Assembly: GCA_011109175.1 (NCBI GenBank)
Contig: RDEW01000029.1
Span: forward strand, 220,158-284,157
DNA from: Dicyema japonicum
Taxonomy: Eukaryota; Animalia; Dicyemida
Reading direction: 5' to 3'
DNA length: 64,000 nucleotides
Below the pieces are notes generated by a model that was not told the DNA's origin, did no database searches, and saw only the letters and a list, made by a program, of their open reading frames with translations. The stretch's first letter is position 1, and every line of letters starts with the position of its first letter. The translations under genes were made by a program, and so were the position numbers. Of the stretch, positions 23,800 through 37,749 are shown one piece after another.

Positions 23800-26035
23800 C
23801 TCAAGACATTATTTTCTTTTTTAAAGCACTGATCCTGAGAAAATTAAATAAACAACCATTCACTTCTTCGTGGTTTCAGTTATGGATTGACCAGGAGTGA
23901 CATTTTTTAAATGACGATATCCCTAGAGTCTACCCAGATAGAAGTCACCATACCTGATCCTTCTCGAGATATATGAAGAAATCATTTATGGGGACTAATA
24001 CAGGTAAACCGTAACTTGTGTGGTTAATTGGTCAGAAGTCGAGGTGGGGACTCTTCCACAAAATGTTTACTATGGTAAATGAAAGTCCCCGTGAGGATAG
24101 AGGAGTCAAACTGAGACATCAGAAACCCAAAGTTATCGAGGGGGTTAATATGATTAGACGGCTCCCATTGCCACGATGACCACGGAATGGGCACTTACTT
24201 CCCTCCCCTAGTTTTAGACAGACTTGGTGATCTTGGAAGAATTTGTCAGTTTCCCCCAATTCATTACAATTCAACAAAAACTCAAGTTTATTCGCTTAAC
24301 CGTAAAAGTCCCCCATTATTCACAATCTGGTTCAGTTTGTCGAGCACCTGTCATTAAATACCCAAAGACCTCGTTGTCTTCCACCATTGCCTTCAAATCC
24401 GCCCTCAGAAGTTTGTTCTCCTCAATAAATCTTTCACAATCTCTGCACTGAGATTGCGGCTGTTCTCGACTGCTACATTCTCGGAGTCTCTCCAATTTTT
24501 CCTTTAAATGACTAATTTCTTCATTGAGAGAGTCTTGAGCACAGATCTTTCGCCTCGCGGTCTCCAGTTCGTTCTTATACAGCTTCACCATAAAAAAATT
24601 TCCTACAATCAATTTTTCAGATTTTTCTCCGTCCTTGAGTTCATATTCTTTGTTTCTTCTCCTCAAGTCATCGTTGAGAAGCTTCTGTCTCTCGATTTCT
24701 GACTGCATGACCACAGCACGTGCTGCACTGTCTTGACAACTCCCTTCAAGGGTTTTTCTCTCAGAATTCCCCCTTTAATCAAAAATAAGGCCCACTCTGA
24801 TAAAAGACGCTCATATTTCTGCAAGGTGGATCTGTGGAGTTCTGAGGACTGATCTCTCTCCCTTTCCGCTTTATTCAGCTGAGTCCGAAGGATGCTTCAC
24901 TTATTGCCTGATCAAACCTTATTTCCCGCTCATACATGGCTTTGTGCTCAGCCCTCGTGCGCATGAGATCTTCCTGCAAGCATGTTTTGTTCTCAGTGAG
25001 TTGCTTTTCTAGTTTTTCCTGGTAAACCTTTCTGTTGTTCTCTCTGACCGTGATTCCGTTCGAAAACCTGTTTTCCAGCAAATTGGACCACATTTCACGT
25101 TTTTCGACTTTCAGGGTTTCGATTATTGAGTTGGCAGAGCTCATTGATGTCTCAAACTGTGCGAGCTTTGACTGATATTCTGAAAGTTGACATTTCAGAG
25201 ATTTCAGTTCATCCTCCGATATTTTATTTTTCGTTATTTCACGGTTTAACTGCTCATTCAACAGAAACTACAGAATTTGTGAGTTCTTCCCTGTGGCTGT
25301 TAAGATCTTCGTTTTCGTTCATCAAAGTGAGACACTTTTGCTGCAAATTCAGGTCATCCTTCCCCTTGGATGAGTGATATGGACACCTTTATGGCGGTAT
25401 TCTCCGTTCTGAGCTGCAGTATGTATTCTCTCAGCTTTTCAATGTCCTTCAGGGATTCTTCGTTTGCGTCGTTCGCCTCTTTGAGTTTCTGGTCCCTTAA
25501 AGGAAATTAAACTCTTTTTAGAAAAGTTAGTTCGCTGTGGTGGACCGGTCTGCTCCCCCGGTCGGCCAACATTCTGTAAAATTTTATCTGAGTAAACATG
25601 CTCTGATTACCTCCAAAATATTCCGTAGCGTCAAATCTTCCTTCATTTCTAATTTCTTGTACTCCTCTTCTGAAATTGTGAGATCCTCGCTCAGGATCCC
25701 TTTGATTTCCGAGGCTTCCCGTGCTAGTCGTTTATTCAGCTGCTCCAGTTGGTTTTGCCTGTTTACGAGATCTTGCAGTTCTCCAATTATCTCACTTTTA
25801 TGCTGAGAAACGCAAACCTGGGGGATACGCTATTATTCACTTCAAATAGCTTGTTTTTATGCAAAGTATCGTTCAATCTATTCTCGAGCTGTTCGATTTC
25901 CTGCATTTGCTGTAATTTCATCTCTTCGATGAGTTGGTCCTTTTTGGACAGTTTTATGTGCAATAAGTCATTTTCTCTGCTTAGTTCTATAAATTTTATC
26001 TCATTCATTATGTCTTGACTCGTTTCACTCTCCAT
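23800..26035 (-). CDS. Long E/K/L-rich coiled-coil protein of unknown family; 3' end uncertain
   Basis: Consecutive heptad-rich ORFs (25787-26068, 24875-25261, 24316-24714). ATG at 26035 directly follows an AT-rich tract. Confidence 0.7.
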
Positions 26036-26249
26036 TTTTTCTTGGTAATATTTTTTAATTAAAACCAATTTCTTTTAATAATTTTTTTATTAAAAATTAA
26101 TATTTAAATATTATTGGAGGGGTTTGTTTGTCTCTTCCTCCTCTCTCATCATACTCGAGTGGCGTCATGTGATCCACCTGTCTAAGTAGCGCCCAGTATC
26201 TGGCTAAACAGATGATTTCCTCTCCCCCACTCCACTGGAGGGGTTTCCA

Positions 26250-28650
26250 CAACTGCAAATAATGAACGTCTTTTACCCTTTATGCTGATTCCGGATGCAC
26301 TTTTTATGGAGGCGCTCAGTGCACGTTTTCACCAAAAGGACCATTCGTTCACTCCCATCCGAAGAATGACTTTTCTGACGACATCCTTGATAACTACGAA
26401 CTGGTCCATCTGCTGGGTGGGTAGTGTAGTCGACAAAAATAGTGACTGTCTAGGCTTCCAATTTACCTGGCTCAGAGTCAAAGGGTTAGGGATGGATTTC
26501 GTAACAGTATGAAACAACACCTAACAAAATTTGCTGAAAAAAAGGACGCTGTTGGAGAAAAAAGAAATTGGATACATGGAGGAGCATTTCGAAAATGCCT
26601 GTTTTTGAATACCACGTGAACTTTCTCATAGAAATGAGTGGGAGAGATAAAAGATATTTCAAAAAATCAAAATTACCACTTTCAGAGGACCCTACACAAT
26701 TACGTTCTGGGAACTTTTTAAGAGATGAATCGGGCTCTTGGCTTCCTCCCCCGGACAAATTATTATTGATTCTACAAGAAGCTTTCTCCGGCCCGGAGCT
26801 CTGGTGAACACCAGAAGTCTGTGGAAGCGTCCAGCACTAGTCTGGACGCCTGAGGACGGGCTTATTAAGATTATTAACTGACAAAGTTAGATTCTTCCCA
26901 TCGCTTGTGCCACCCCCAAATTATCCGGTCTGTTAGACGCTCTTCTCAAACTGCCATTTTTCGGAGGCTGTAGATCAGGCATTAAAACAAGCCAGATATC
27001 CCCACTTCGAGGTATTTAGCTTTGAGTGTAGAATCAGAACCAATTTCAGTATCATGTTATGGACGTAAGCGCTCAGTGCTCCAACAAACACGTGGAAGCA
27101 CGCACCTTGTAGGACAGCATCGTTGTGTCCTCACGTTACCTAGTTTTAGAGCAATGTGGGTAGGACGATTGTATAGTCGTACTTTTACTTTGAGACATGC
27201 AAGTATCTAAGTCATGTCGACCCCCAGGATATAAACTGCTTTCCTGAATGGCACACACCCATCTGTGTCCACAGGATATCCGCCGTAGACCCCTCTCTTC
27301 TGAACCCACTTTGTCCCACCGACAAAAACTCGGAGGTGATAGCAAGAACGCTAGAAGAACATGGGTCTGAGATTTTAAACCACCCCAACTGATTTCCCGG
27401 TTTTTGTATGGGAATTAGAACTCCCTGTCCAGCTTAGAGAAAAGTGACTCAAATGAAATCGTAGATGCAATTTCAACATTGCGTTAGCTTTTTTCCTTTC
27501 TGTTATTGATGTGATCTTTGGGAGAACCCTTTGAATTCACACAATCTAAGATATTGTAAATGATCCATAGTGAAATACCATGTCCTGCACCGGAGGGGCT
27601 GGAGTCCTCCTGAAATTACTTACAGGGGAGTCGACATCCTGTATCTGGCATATAAACCAGCTGAAATATACCTCCTATAACGACTCCACTGCACTCGTCC
27701 AATGTCACGTCCGAGGAAAACATCACTTTTCAATCTCCAGATCAATATTCTGTGACGAGACAAGAGGAGACAAAAAATCTGCCACTTCACAGAGGTGTAA
27801 CACCTACAATCCAACGTCCGCCTTGATTAGTTTATGCACTAAAACTATTCCCGAGTTTAATTCTCCAACAATAATGGTATCTCGGCTTACAAAAAAGAGC
27901 TTTTTAATCTCCTAGAACAAGTACTCCCAGACTTCGACAAGAGGCTCCCAATCTTGACTTAAACAGGGCACATAATCAAATACGACATCTAAGTTTAGAT
28001 TTCTCAGGTTTTGGGCATAGAAAAGTGACGTGCCAGTTCTATCAATGATAGCTCTCTATTCCTCTTCCAGCATTCAATAACAATATTTGAGTCTATGTAC
28101 TACTTTTCTGGTGGCTCTGGTCCATTCATAACCAGTACCGTCAACTAGTAATCCAATTTGGCACTCATCAATAAGACGGCAGATGACGATGACTTGTATC
28201 GATCAGACTCGCCGGAAGTTCGGCATTTTTAGCATCTGACTTAACCCTTCGCAGTGGATAGTGTTTTGTCCACTGATAAGTCTCAACCGTAGATGATCAG
28301 CCTAGCAAAAAAGAGCTTTTTGCTTCTCTCGTAAAGTGATCAATCCTCTTAGTGACCGAGCTCATGGTCCTAACATAGTGAATCAGATCATCTTCGATCT
28401 ATAAAATAACTTCTTGGGTTTTTGACATCTACCACTCTGTTCACTTCCTCTATAAATATAGCTTCGTCCTCAAGCGACTGAAATCCAACGCGGAAAGTCT
28501 CTGAACCTTAGGAGGTCATACGAGCTTTCTAAATCTAATTGCGTTTCCAGTTTGATTGCTCCTACTTCAAGGTAGAAAGCAGTTATGACGACCACCAGGC
28601 TAGAATCGTTATTCGTGACCACATCTCTTTGCAGTAATATTTCTTTGATA
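26250..28650 (-). mobile_element. Decayed Ty3/Gypsy pol (RT-RNaseH-integrase)
   Basis: Degenerate motifs in Gypsy order: IEDDLI (YxDD-like, about 28390), RVQWSRY (RNaseH end), GH..C integrase finger (about 27250), SDNG-like core and C-terminus. Confidence 0.6.
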
Positions 28651-29150
28651 TATGCTTAGCAGTTGTCTTTGTAACACAATAGTTCATTATGTTTTGTGCC
28701 AGACGAAAACCTTACCCGAGGCTCCCCTCTCCCAAAAATTCGTATATCCAATGTCTTAGAGTCCATCACTTAGTTATTACTAATACCAGGCTTACAGTTT
28801 TTGGTAAGCACAGAACAAACAGTCTACTAAAACGATTTTTTGGTCAAGTCAAAAAGTCATGTTCTTTAAAATTGTTTAAAACTTATAAAAATGTAAGTTT
28901 TTATCAAAAATATATATAAAAAGTTATAAAGTAAAAAAAGTCAAAATTAGGGTAATGTCAAAAAGTAAAATTTAATTTTTTTAGGTCAATAAAATCTTTC
29001 CAGTCATAACTAATCAAAGGATTGAATAACTTTACGCACACAAAAAGAATAAAACAAAACTAACCACTAAACTGTTACCAAAACCTATTTGTTACTAAAA
29101 GAATAATCGAAAACAATTTTAAACAAAATATATAAATTGAAAACTTTCAA

Positions 29151-32100
29151 TTAATCACCACCATCGTTGCTATCATTCGTACTGTCGTTACCAATTCCTA
29201 GCGAACTGCTTGAATAACTATCTTCAATATCCTCCTCCATAGAATTTTGTATTTCCAACAATCTCTTTTTGAGCACTGCATTTTCACTCTTCAACCCCTC
29301 GCAGACTTCATCAGCTAGGGAGTTATCCTGTTGCTGCAACTCATTACCCACAACTACCAGTTTTCCAAACTTGCTAGAAAGAACTTGTTTATCTTCCTTT
29401 AGTACTTCTCGCTCTTTCTCAAGGGATCTAACAAGATTCTCGGAATATCTGAGTTGATCCCCCAGTCTGACGTTCTTCATGTCCTGTTCATTTAATTCTT
29501 GCTTCAGTTCCAACAACTCAAAACGGACAGACTTTAGTTGTGTCTGACATTACAAGGAAAGATAACCTGTAGCCGACTCTTCTGAGTCTCACAAAAATCA
29601 ATCTGGGCTCTCAGTCCTTCAACAACGGAGGAACTTTCACAACCAGAACTACTAATCCTCGACGGAGCCCCCTCAAGCTCAGAAATCTGACACTAACAAA
29701 ACAAATGAACTTTGTCTTTAAGGGTAGCATTCTGCTTCTTCAGTACCATAATATCACCTTCCTTGACAACAACGGTCTCCCTGAGCACAGAAGCCTCAAA
29801 TAATCACAACAATCACCTCCAATTTAAGTGACGTCACAGATCTCTGGATATTTTCGATCTCAGTTTGCTTGTCTTCTATCAAAAGCTCGTTCTCAGTCAT
29901 GTCCTTCACGACTTGCCTTAATCTGTTCTCCATCTGCAATTATCCACAACCAAACCTCATCTCTCGAGTTCTTGTAATTCTCCACCAACATTTTGCAGTC
30001 CATGAGCTCGCATTCAACTTCTGACTTTGCACGTGTGGCTACGACCAAGGAAGATTCAGCTTCATCCAGCTAGCATTACACAAATAAAAACCAATTTCTG
30101 CAGTCTCTGTACTCCCGAATCCTCAAACCCACGTGAAACCGGATTCCTCTCCATCTGAGCATCTTTCAGCATCACTTTGGTTTTGCTGAGCTTAGATTTT
30201 AATTTCTCAATATCTACAGTACAAGGAAACAAACTACCCTTTGAATTAGAACTTGCAGCCCTCTTCATTTTTTCAAGCTCTTCCTTCAACTGAGAATTAG
30301 TTGCAACGAGCTTTGAGGACCTCTTCTGCTCAGTCTCCAACATAAACTCCAAATTATCACACTGATATGCATATTTGAAATACCTTTGAAGATGCCTCAC
30401 GAGTCTTTGCCCTCAACTTCTCTTCAGCTTCATCCAACAGCTCAGTTTCCTTCATTCTCATAGATGCTAGTTCTCCCTCCACACTGTGACAGTGATGATT
30501 AAGTCGATTGAGTCGTTGATTCAAATCATCCACTTCTTCCTCGAGTTCTATGATCTTCTCCGTAGCCACCCTCAACTTTGAGTTATAATTCTCAGCATCA
30601 ACAAAGTCGGATTGTGGCAACTTAATAACAAAACGGACTACTTTTGAGTATTCTTCCTGTAATTCGCAAATTTTCCGCTCATAAAAGACTTTCAACTGAC
30701 TGATTTCATTCCTCAGATTTTCTGCTTCCGACTCGCTGAAAGTCAGTATAACAATCACTTTGGAGTTGAAGGACGGGATGATTTCATGGAAGCCTGTCTT
30801 TTCAAATCCAGATTTTGATTCCCCTGTCTAGTCGTCTGCCGCTTCCAGTATCTAATATCACTGTTCTTCTCTTCCACAACATGTTCAAGCTCAGAAATTC
30901 GCTTATTTAACTCATCCATTTTAAGTGCATCCTGATTGCTGGAACAAGAATCGTTCTTCTCCTGAAATGATGAGAATGAAAACTTCTAATTGTTTCACCC
31001 TTTCTTTCAAAATAGCATTCTCCTCCATGGCATTCTCTAAAACCTCCCCTGCCTCACTCAAACTAATCTTGTCCTCCATAATTTCCTTCATTAACCTCTC
31101 AATCTGAAATAAGTGAATAAATGACCTGATTTTTCAATTCAATAATCGCGTTATCCTTTTCTAATAATTCCTTCGTGTATTTGACATCATTTTGCTCCAA
31201 CTTATCCTTCAGTGCTCTAATTGGACCATCCATTCCAGAGAGGGAAGCAAAGGGTAGAAGAGACAGATAGAGTGTCCACCATTTCCACTTCTTCATATCC
31301 AAATAAAGCCTCATATTGTACTGAACGCACTTTATAGAGGCTTGAATAGACTATAAAATTCTAAAGTTAAACTTCAAGCCATACCCGAATTCGTTGGGTT
31401 TTCTTTTGAGCCAAAAATGTTCTAATTTTTGACTGAAAGGAAATCATATAATCAGCCATCAACCGATCTCTGCATTCGTTCACCCTCACGAGGACACCAT
31501 CTTTCATAAAAATCTGGAATGTCAACCATAATAAACCTTATCAGACCCCACTGCATAGTCATGCGGCTCCACGTACGACCGCTGCATTATTTCGTCAATA
31601 ACGTCTGTTCTTACAGAACTTCCAAGGAGTGAATATGCTTTAATGAAAGAATTAATGGACATATTATCAGGATAACCTATAATAAACAAGCAAACCAACC
31701 ATATCTGAACATAAGGGTAGCAGACACCAACAACATGGCACGAATTTGAATACGCACAAAGGCAGTTTCGAATATATCGTTCACACACATTCCCGAGGAC
31801 AGAGACGAAAGGGAAGAGGAGAAATTGGCACAGCTACCATTGTCTCGCTTAGAAGAATCCGCATCCAATGAGGGGCAAATACAATATACAAATGACAAGT
31901 CAGATGAGATCACATGCTCTAAAAATCCATCCTAAAAAATCGAAACAAAAAATACAGCAGTGGCCTCTATTTTTGAGCCAAGATTGGTCGTTAAATAAGA
32001 ATGGGAAAAGTTGGCGTTTCTCAGTAAATTGTCACTGAATAGATCTCTAAGAAATAAATCAACAGCAAACATTTTTGAGTTGATTAGCTTATTTTTTGTT

Positions 32101-34681
32101 CTAAGCAATCGGTAGTAACAACCGATCTGAGAAGGCCAGTCCTCACAATTGTATTCCACAGGCAACATTGAGTTACAATGTAGGAACACGAAAGACGACT
32201 GGGAGGTCCCAGGTTTAACTATGCTACTATCTTTAATATTCCCAATTAGTATACATTTGTTCTTCGACTGTACTAGAGAAACAAACTGGATAGCATTGAG
32301 GTCACTTCTGAAAGCATTGTCAATTAGTCGAAGAATTCCCGTTGATTCCCGAATTTTGTCTACTTTGGAGGATACAGCATCCCCTGAGAGTTTTCTCCTG
32401 TTTTCAAAGACCTCCACCGCTTCCTCTGCGGTGGACTGCACGTAAAACCCATCAATGTCAATATTTTCCTAAAATATAAGTTATCGTCAACTTTCCCAAA
32501 AACATCGAGAGGTGCTTTGAATATAAAGTTGAACTGAAGTTGGTTAACCTTCTCTTGGAAGTATCCTAGAAATAATGAATGAATGTTTCGGTAGGAATGC
32601 TTAAACGTGGATATGCCAGGGGTGTAGAGCAGATTAATACTATTGGAGACTTGAGTTTTGTCACTATTAGCGATAGATCTTCACATAATAATAAGTTGAA
32701 CCTGTTAACAAAATGGACAACACAATCAAGGAGATTCTGATACACGGCGGCAATAAAAATCATAACTAAATCAGTGATTGATTTGTCCTGAGATATTTTG
32801 TCACTGGGAGTAAATACATTATAAACTGATTAATTAAAGAGAACAGAGTCTCAGGGGTTAAATTAAGACACTTTGCAGCATGTGAGAAGGAATCATGAGT
32901 GAAAACACTTCCAGAATCTAGGACATTAACAACGTAGCAGACTGAGTGAACACTGAAGATGGTGGATAGCAGCGAGCATGCAAATAACAGAACTCATCTC
33001 ACTATCACTGACATCCAGGATCTTGCAGGATTCGACAAATTTCTCCCACCTTTTCGCATTATTATAGAAATCCTGCAACATCAAATAATACACACCTCAT
33101 CAGCCCTCAATGTGGTGGATGGGTCGATCAGAAATAATTGTCCCCTAAGACTAATCAAAATGTTGACTTTAAAGTGACATCCAAGCCGGCCATCATGAAT
33201 ATGAAAATATTATGCTTCAAATCGTATCTAAACGACCGAAAACAGTCGAAAAATTCAAGTTTGACTGACCCACCAATGAGGGAGCCAATAGAATCATAGT
33301 AAAGACGACAGAGAACAGCCATATTGTTCAAATATCCACCATCCCCCTCAAGATTTGTCAGTGACTGAAAGACCAAGTATAATGCGGCCCATTTGGATAC
33401 TATAAATAAGCTGAATTAACAAAACCAGAGAAACTTCTATTTTCCTCGCTGTCATGGATCCTCAACAAGTGAGTCACCGAGTTTTTGAAGGCCTCTCCCT
33501 TTCCAGAATTCTCGTGACCAGTAAATATGATTGTTTGGTTTTTCTTATTCCCAAATTGCATGGCTTGTAGCACTTCCTGAGCCATCGAATATATGTGAGG
33601 GGGGAGAGACTCGACCTTGTTCTGATTGTAGAAAATCCCAGACATCTAGATAAAAATAGAGACACTACTCGCTCGCAAAAGGTGAGAGAACTCATAAAAC
33701 TGTTCACACGAATCAGAGATCGCCCGGCAAAAGTGGTGAAGAGGTTGTTGAAATAACGGGATCGTATATTATGGATGATTCCAGACTCGTTCAAATACCA
33801 CAGATTAGAACAGTCCTCGATAAAGTCTAGTTCATGCGGATTTATTCGTTCCAGAGCCTCGGAGGGTACTGAAATGCACTTTCGGTTGAACTGGGGCATC
33901 GATATGTTAATATGGGATTCCCCGACTTCGCCAAGGTCGTTTTTAGAGTCAATAAAGCAGGACGAAAAGCCATGGCGATGAATAAGCCAGTACTCCTGCT
34001 GTTTTAGATTCACCGTAGAACCACTCTAGAGGATTATATGAGGGGACCTACGAGTAACGAAATTTTGCGTTCTTGAATCGATTCTGAGTTAGACCACAAA
34101 TTTTGCTGGTCATAATTGAGTAGAAATTTATAAATTTCAGTAAACTCACGCAGCTGCTGAACTTGGCAGATTGCAAAAGCCCCGGAAGTCATGATTTCAC
34201 AGGCAACCTCTTCCACGGTCAAATTGTCAACGGAATTTCCGTTAACCGACAACAGACGATCTCCCAAAATTGCAGAGTGTTCAAAACTGTCGATAAATAT
34301 TGCCTAAATTAGAAAGCAAGAGGATACTTTCTTTTTCTTGAAGTTCAAAATATCAGTGTTAACTTTTTTCCTAAGGAAAAAGCCGTATTCGCCGCTTTCT
34401 TCGTTTTTAGAAATCGTTATCTCCCGTATGGGAACTGGAGGCAGATAGTCCACGGGGACAGAATTGGGATCGATTCCAATGTCAAGCAGGCAAGGGTCTC
34501 GTTTATCAAAAATTTGGTTTATCAGTCGGCATATTAGGGTAGTTTCATCTTCAATCAGTTTGGAGGTCAATGTAAGATTTTTTTTCTTGTTTTTTTTGCT
34601 AGACTTTATATTCTTGTTAAACTCAGAGACTGAGTATAAAGAGATTGTAGAAGTTTTGTTTTTCTTTCGGAAATACTTCAT
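29151..34681 (-). CDS. MYO18A: Unconventional myosin XVIII (PDZ - motor-like domain - long coiled coil)
   Basis: PDZ GDRLLSVNG; EYWLIHRHGFS; EDCSNLWYLNESGIIHNIRSRY; PPHIYSMAQ; P-loop-like GHENSGKG; about 2 kb of coiled coil; many micro-introns. Confidence 0.85.
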
Positions 34682-35662
34682 TGTCCTACATAAAATAGAG
34701 TATCTTACAATAAACAACCACAATATAAGCAAGCACAAAAGCGCTCAATAATAACCGTCAATTATGATTTAATTGGTTTTCCGGAATAGAAAATTAATAA
34801 AAAATAAATTAAATTTTATAATTAAATTTATATATGTTTAATAAATATTGTCAAAAAGTCAATTAAAACTTTTTCTAACAATCACATCGGTGATTAATAA
34901 ACCAAGATGGTTCTGGGTTTGATTATCGAAGTTGTATATTCTAGCTGAAGGTTCCACGATCCTTCTTGGCTTGACGAGTCACATCATCAATGATGCCTCA
35001 CTGAGAAGCGTATTGTTTTCAAAGACACACACGAAACCAATAGAAAAATAAGTTGAGAACACTCTCGATATCTCGACCTCCATCCTACGATTAATTAGCA
35101 CAACAGTCTTTTCCTTCTTAAATAAAACGTGTAATCTGTCTTAGCGGAGGTTTAAGGCATGGAAACACGACTATCCCACAGCGGAAAAACTGACAAAAAA
35201 TAAAACAAATCAGCTTCACAATCACAAAATTATTTTGTATTTAAAAATTTTTTATCAACAATGTATAATCGAAACCGCAGAAAATTATTTAGCTTATCTT
35301 AATTTTTTATTTTGTATTCTCAACATTTTTTGATATTTCAAATAATATTTAGGCGGGAAATAAAATCATTTTGGTGATTGTTTGTAACATATCTGTCCAC
35401 TTTTATTGCGCATTAACTAACACGTGACTATACTACCATAAATGACAAATAAAATACACATCGCTATCATTCCATAAAAGTCATCATGTTAATTACTTTA
35501 TAAACTCTAAGACGATTATCAAAGTATCATCAATAATTAACATTAAGCTCTTTATCCGATTGCACCGGCTGACATTCCCAAGGACGATGATTTGTCGAAT
35601 CGAACATTTCTCCATTGTGTCCTCCCTATTTACAGGGTTTTCAAGACTAAGTGAGAAGTGCG

Positions 35663-35798
35663 TCACATCAATCAGAGAAATTTTAACATCTAGGGGAGAA
35701 TCTGTCACATCAATCCGTGAAAGTTTATCATCTAGGCGAGAATCTATCACATCAATCCGTGAAAGTTTATCATCTAGGCGAGAATCTGTCACATCAAT
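35663..35798 (-). repeat. 42-bp tandem repeat (3 copies plus a partial), encoding a 14-aa unit VTDSRLDDKLSRID
   Basis: Units start at 35663, 35705, 35747 and 35789. Confidence 0.9.
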
Positions 35799-36319
35799 CG
35801 ATCATTTTTAACTAGAATCGATCAGATATTCTCGCCACGTGACCACGTCGCTCTATATATTTATATCTATATGGAAAAATTTCTAGCCTAAAGGAGTTGC
35901 AAAAACATCAAGATGACAGACTTCATAAGAGAAAGAGTGAATGAAGAATGCCAAACAACAATGGACGATCAAGAAACATCGGTGTTTGCCAGGCTATGAA
36001 TAAAATAGGAATAACTTATTACAAAATTTTAAACTAGCCATATAATTATTAGAGTTTTATGGGATACATAAGTGACGCTTTTTATTATTTCAATTCATTA
36101 AGTCTTACTAATATTTTAGTCATTTGACAACTCAGCAATTCGCAAATAAAATGTCTGAAAGATTCTCGACTAATTGAAATCAACTGAATTTCCTTCCCTC
36201 GTATTCGAATGGAAAAAATGTAAAGGATCTAAGCCTAATAAGGAAACTCTTATTGTCAATTGAAGAGGGTCTCCGCGTAATTGGAAGTGTTGACTGCTAA
36301 TCGTTATATATTAAATTAA

Positions 36320-36530
36320 AATTATTCTAAAGACCAAGGGTAACCAAACTAACTAACTCCCTAATCCTGACTCGTTCCAGCATTCTAGAACTTGTCTCCT
36401 AGTAACGAAATTGTTCCCGGGAAAGAATAGTGGATTCTCTTTATGCCGGCCAGGCATTGGGCGTCTCCTCAGTAAGGTGGATCCAATGACGCCATCGGAG
36501 AAAAGGAAAATAATTATTGACCATCGAGCC
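36320..36530 (+). repeat. Dispersed repeat family B (inverted copy at about 40160-40430; short piece at about 19510-19540)
   Basis: Shared aaagaccaagggtaa(a)accaaactaactaa and gtggatccaatgacgc. Confidence 0.75.
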
Positions 36531-36899
36531 ATCACATGGCACCACAGGGCCAACGTTAAATATTTAATCCTAACCCTGAAATGATTAATGAAATCAGTAA
36601 ATTAATTATTATTTTTTCTTACGGATCTTTTGAAGCCATTGTCACTCCCATAGGTCCATGTAGCTAACTTTCTCATTTTGTTCGATGGCTGGCGGGTGTA
36701 CAGATATTTCCAATCATGGCAGAAGTTTCGAAGGTGGTCGGAACAAAACCGAAACAGTCACCCAAGCCTGAGAATTTGTTAAATTTCTCCGTTCGGCAGG
36801 TGGATAATCCGTACAAGCCCATGAAAGCAAACAAAGGCATGAAAGGAGTTGGTCCACCTTACGTCCCCAGAGATCTTCCCTGTGAAAACATTTAATTCA

Positions 36900-37700
36900 A
36901 ATGAGTCAGCTGATTACAAAAATAAGGTAAAATGATCTTTATGATATCAAGAGAGGGTTAGAGACGACAAAAAACCGTTCCACGTGTTAGAAGATGTCGT
37001 AATTTTGAATTCTTAAATTTCCGTTAAAATGAGATTTTGGACATAAATTAGAGGTTAGGATCACAAGAACAATCCCGAAAAGTCCCCAGTCTAACCTTGA
37101 AAGGGAGAACACCAAGAAAGAAGGAGATAAGCCATCTAATTAAGTGATCCCGGTAGACCTCAACAGAATCGAGAGAGTTTTTCTGTGCTCCTCCATATTA
37201 CCCATAACTTTTCTGAATCCATGACACTCCTCTTCCGTCAGAATCTGGAGAGGCGTGAGTTTTATCCTCGATTTATTTCTAACGCAGATTGATAGAAGTG
37301 ATCAGATTCAGAGTTGGAGAGAGTGATGAAACCGGAAAAGTAATGGGAGAATAGCTGAGCAGAGAAGTCAGTTAAAGGGACCATTTTTGCAGCGCATTCT
37401 TGTGACGGCTTGACCCTGGAGTTAAGAAATGATTTAATGACGTCGAGTTTCGGAAGTCCCTTTCCAGAACGTTCTTCACATGTTGTGAAAAGAGAGCAAG
37501 GGGTCCAAAGTCTCTCCCATTATTCTTTGATATTTTCCAGTGTATCCTTTTGTCTAGTAAAAATTGTATATGAAGATTTTTTCCGTGAACACGGTAAGTC
37601 GGTTCATAGCCAGCCAAGTACCGAGACCGTCTAGCTGTGACTAAAGTTCTGATTTTGTCATATCCACATATCTGCTTCGGCTTTCAATAATCAGGCCCTC
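36900..37700 (-). CDS. Possible multi-exon gene, unidentified
   Basis: Open coding-like segments (37372-37617; EDKLTPLQILTEEECHGF...) separated by short stop-containing GT-AG stretches. No family recognised. Confidence 0.3.
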
Positions 37701-37749
37701 CATGGCAGGGTAAGTCATTCAAAAATAAGTTAAAAGCGCTGGGTTTTGG

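Noticed and set aside
26568-26807. Plus-strand ORF resembling a DIRS methyltransferase-like segment (LPPPDKLL)
   Set aside because: Better explained as the antisense of the Gypsy integrase remnant.
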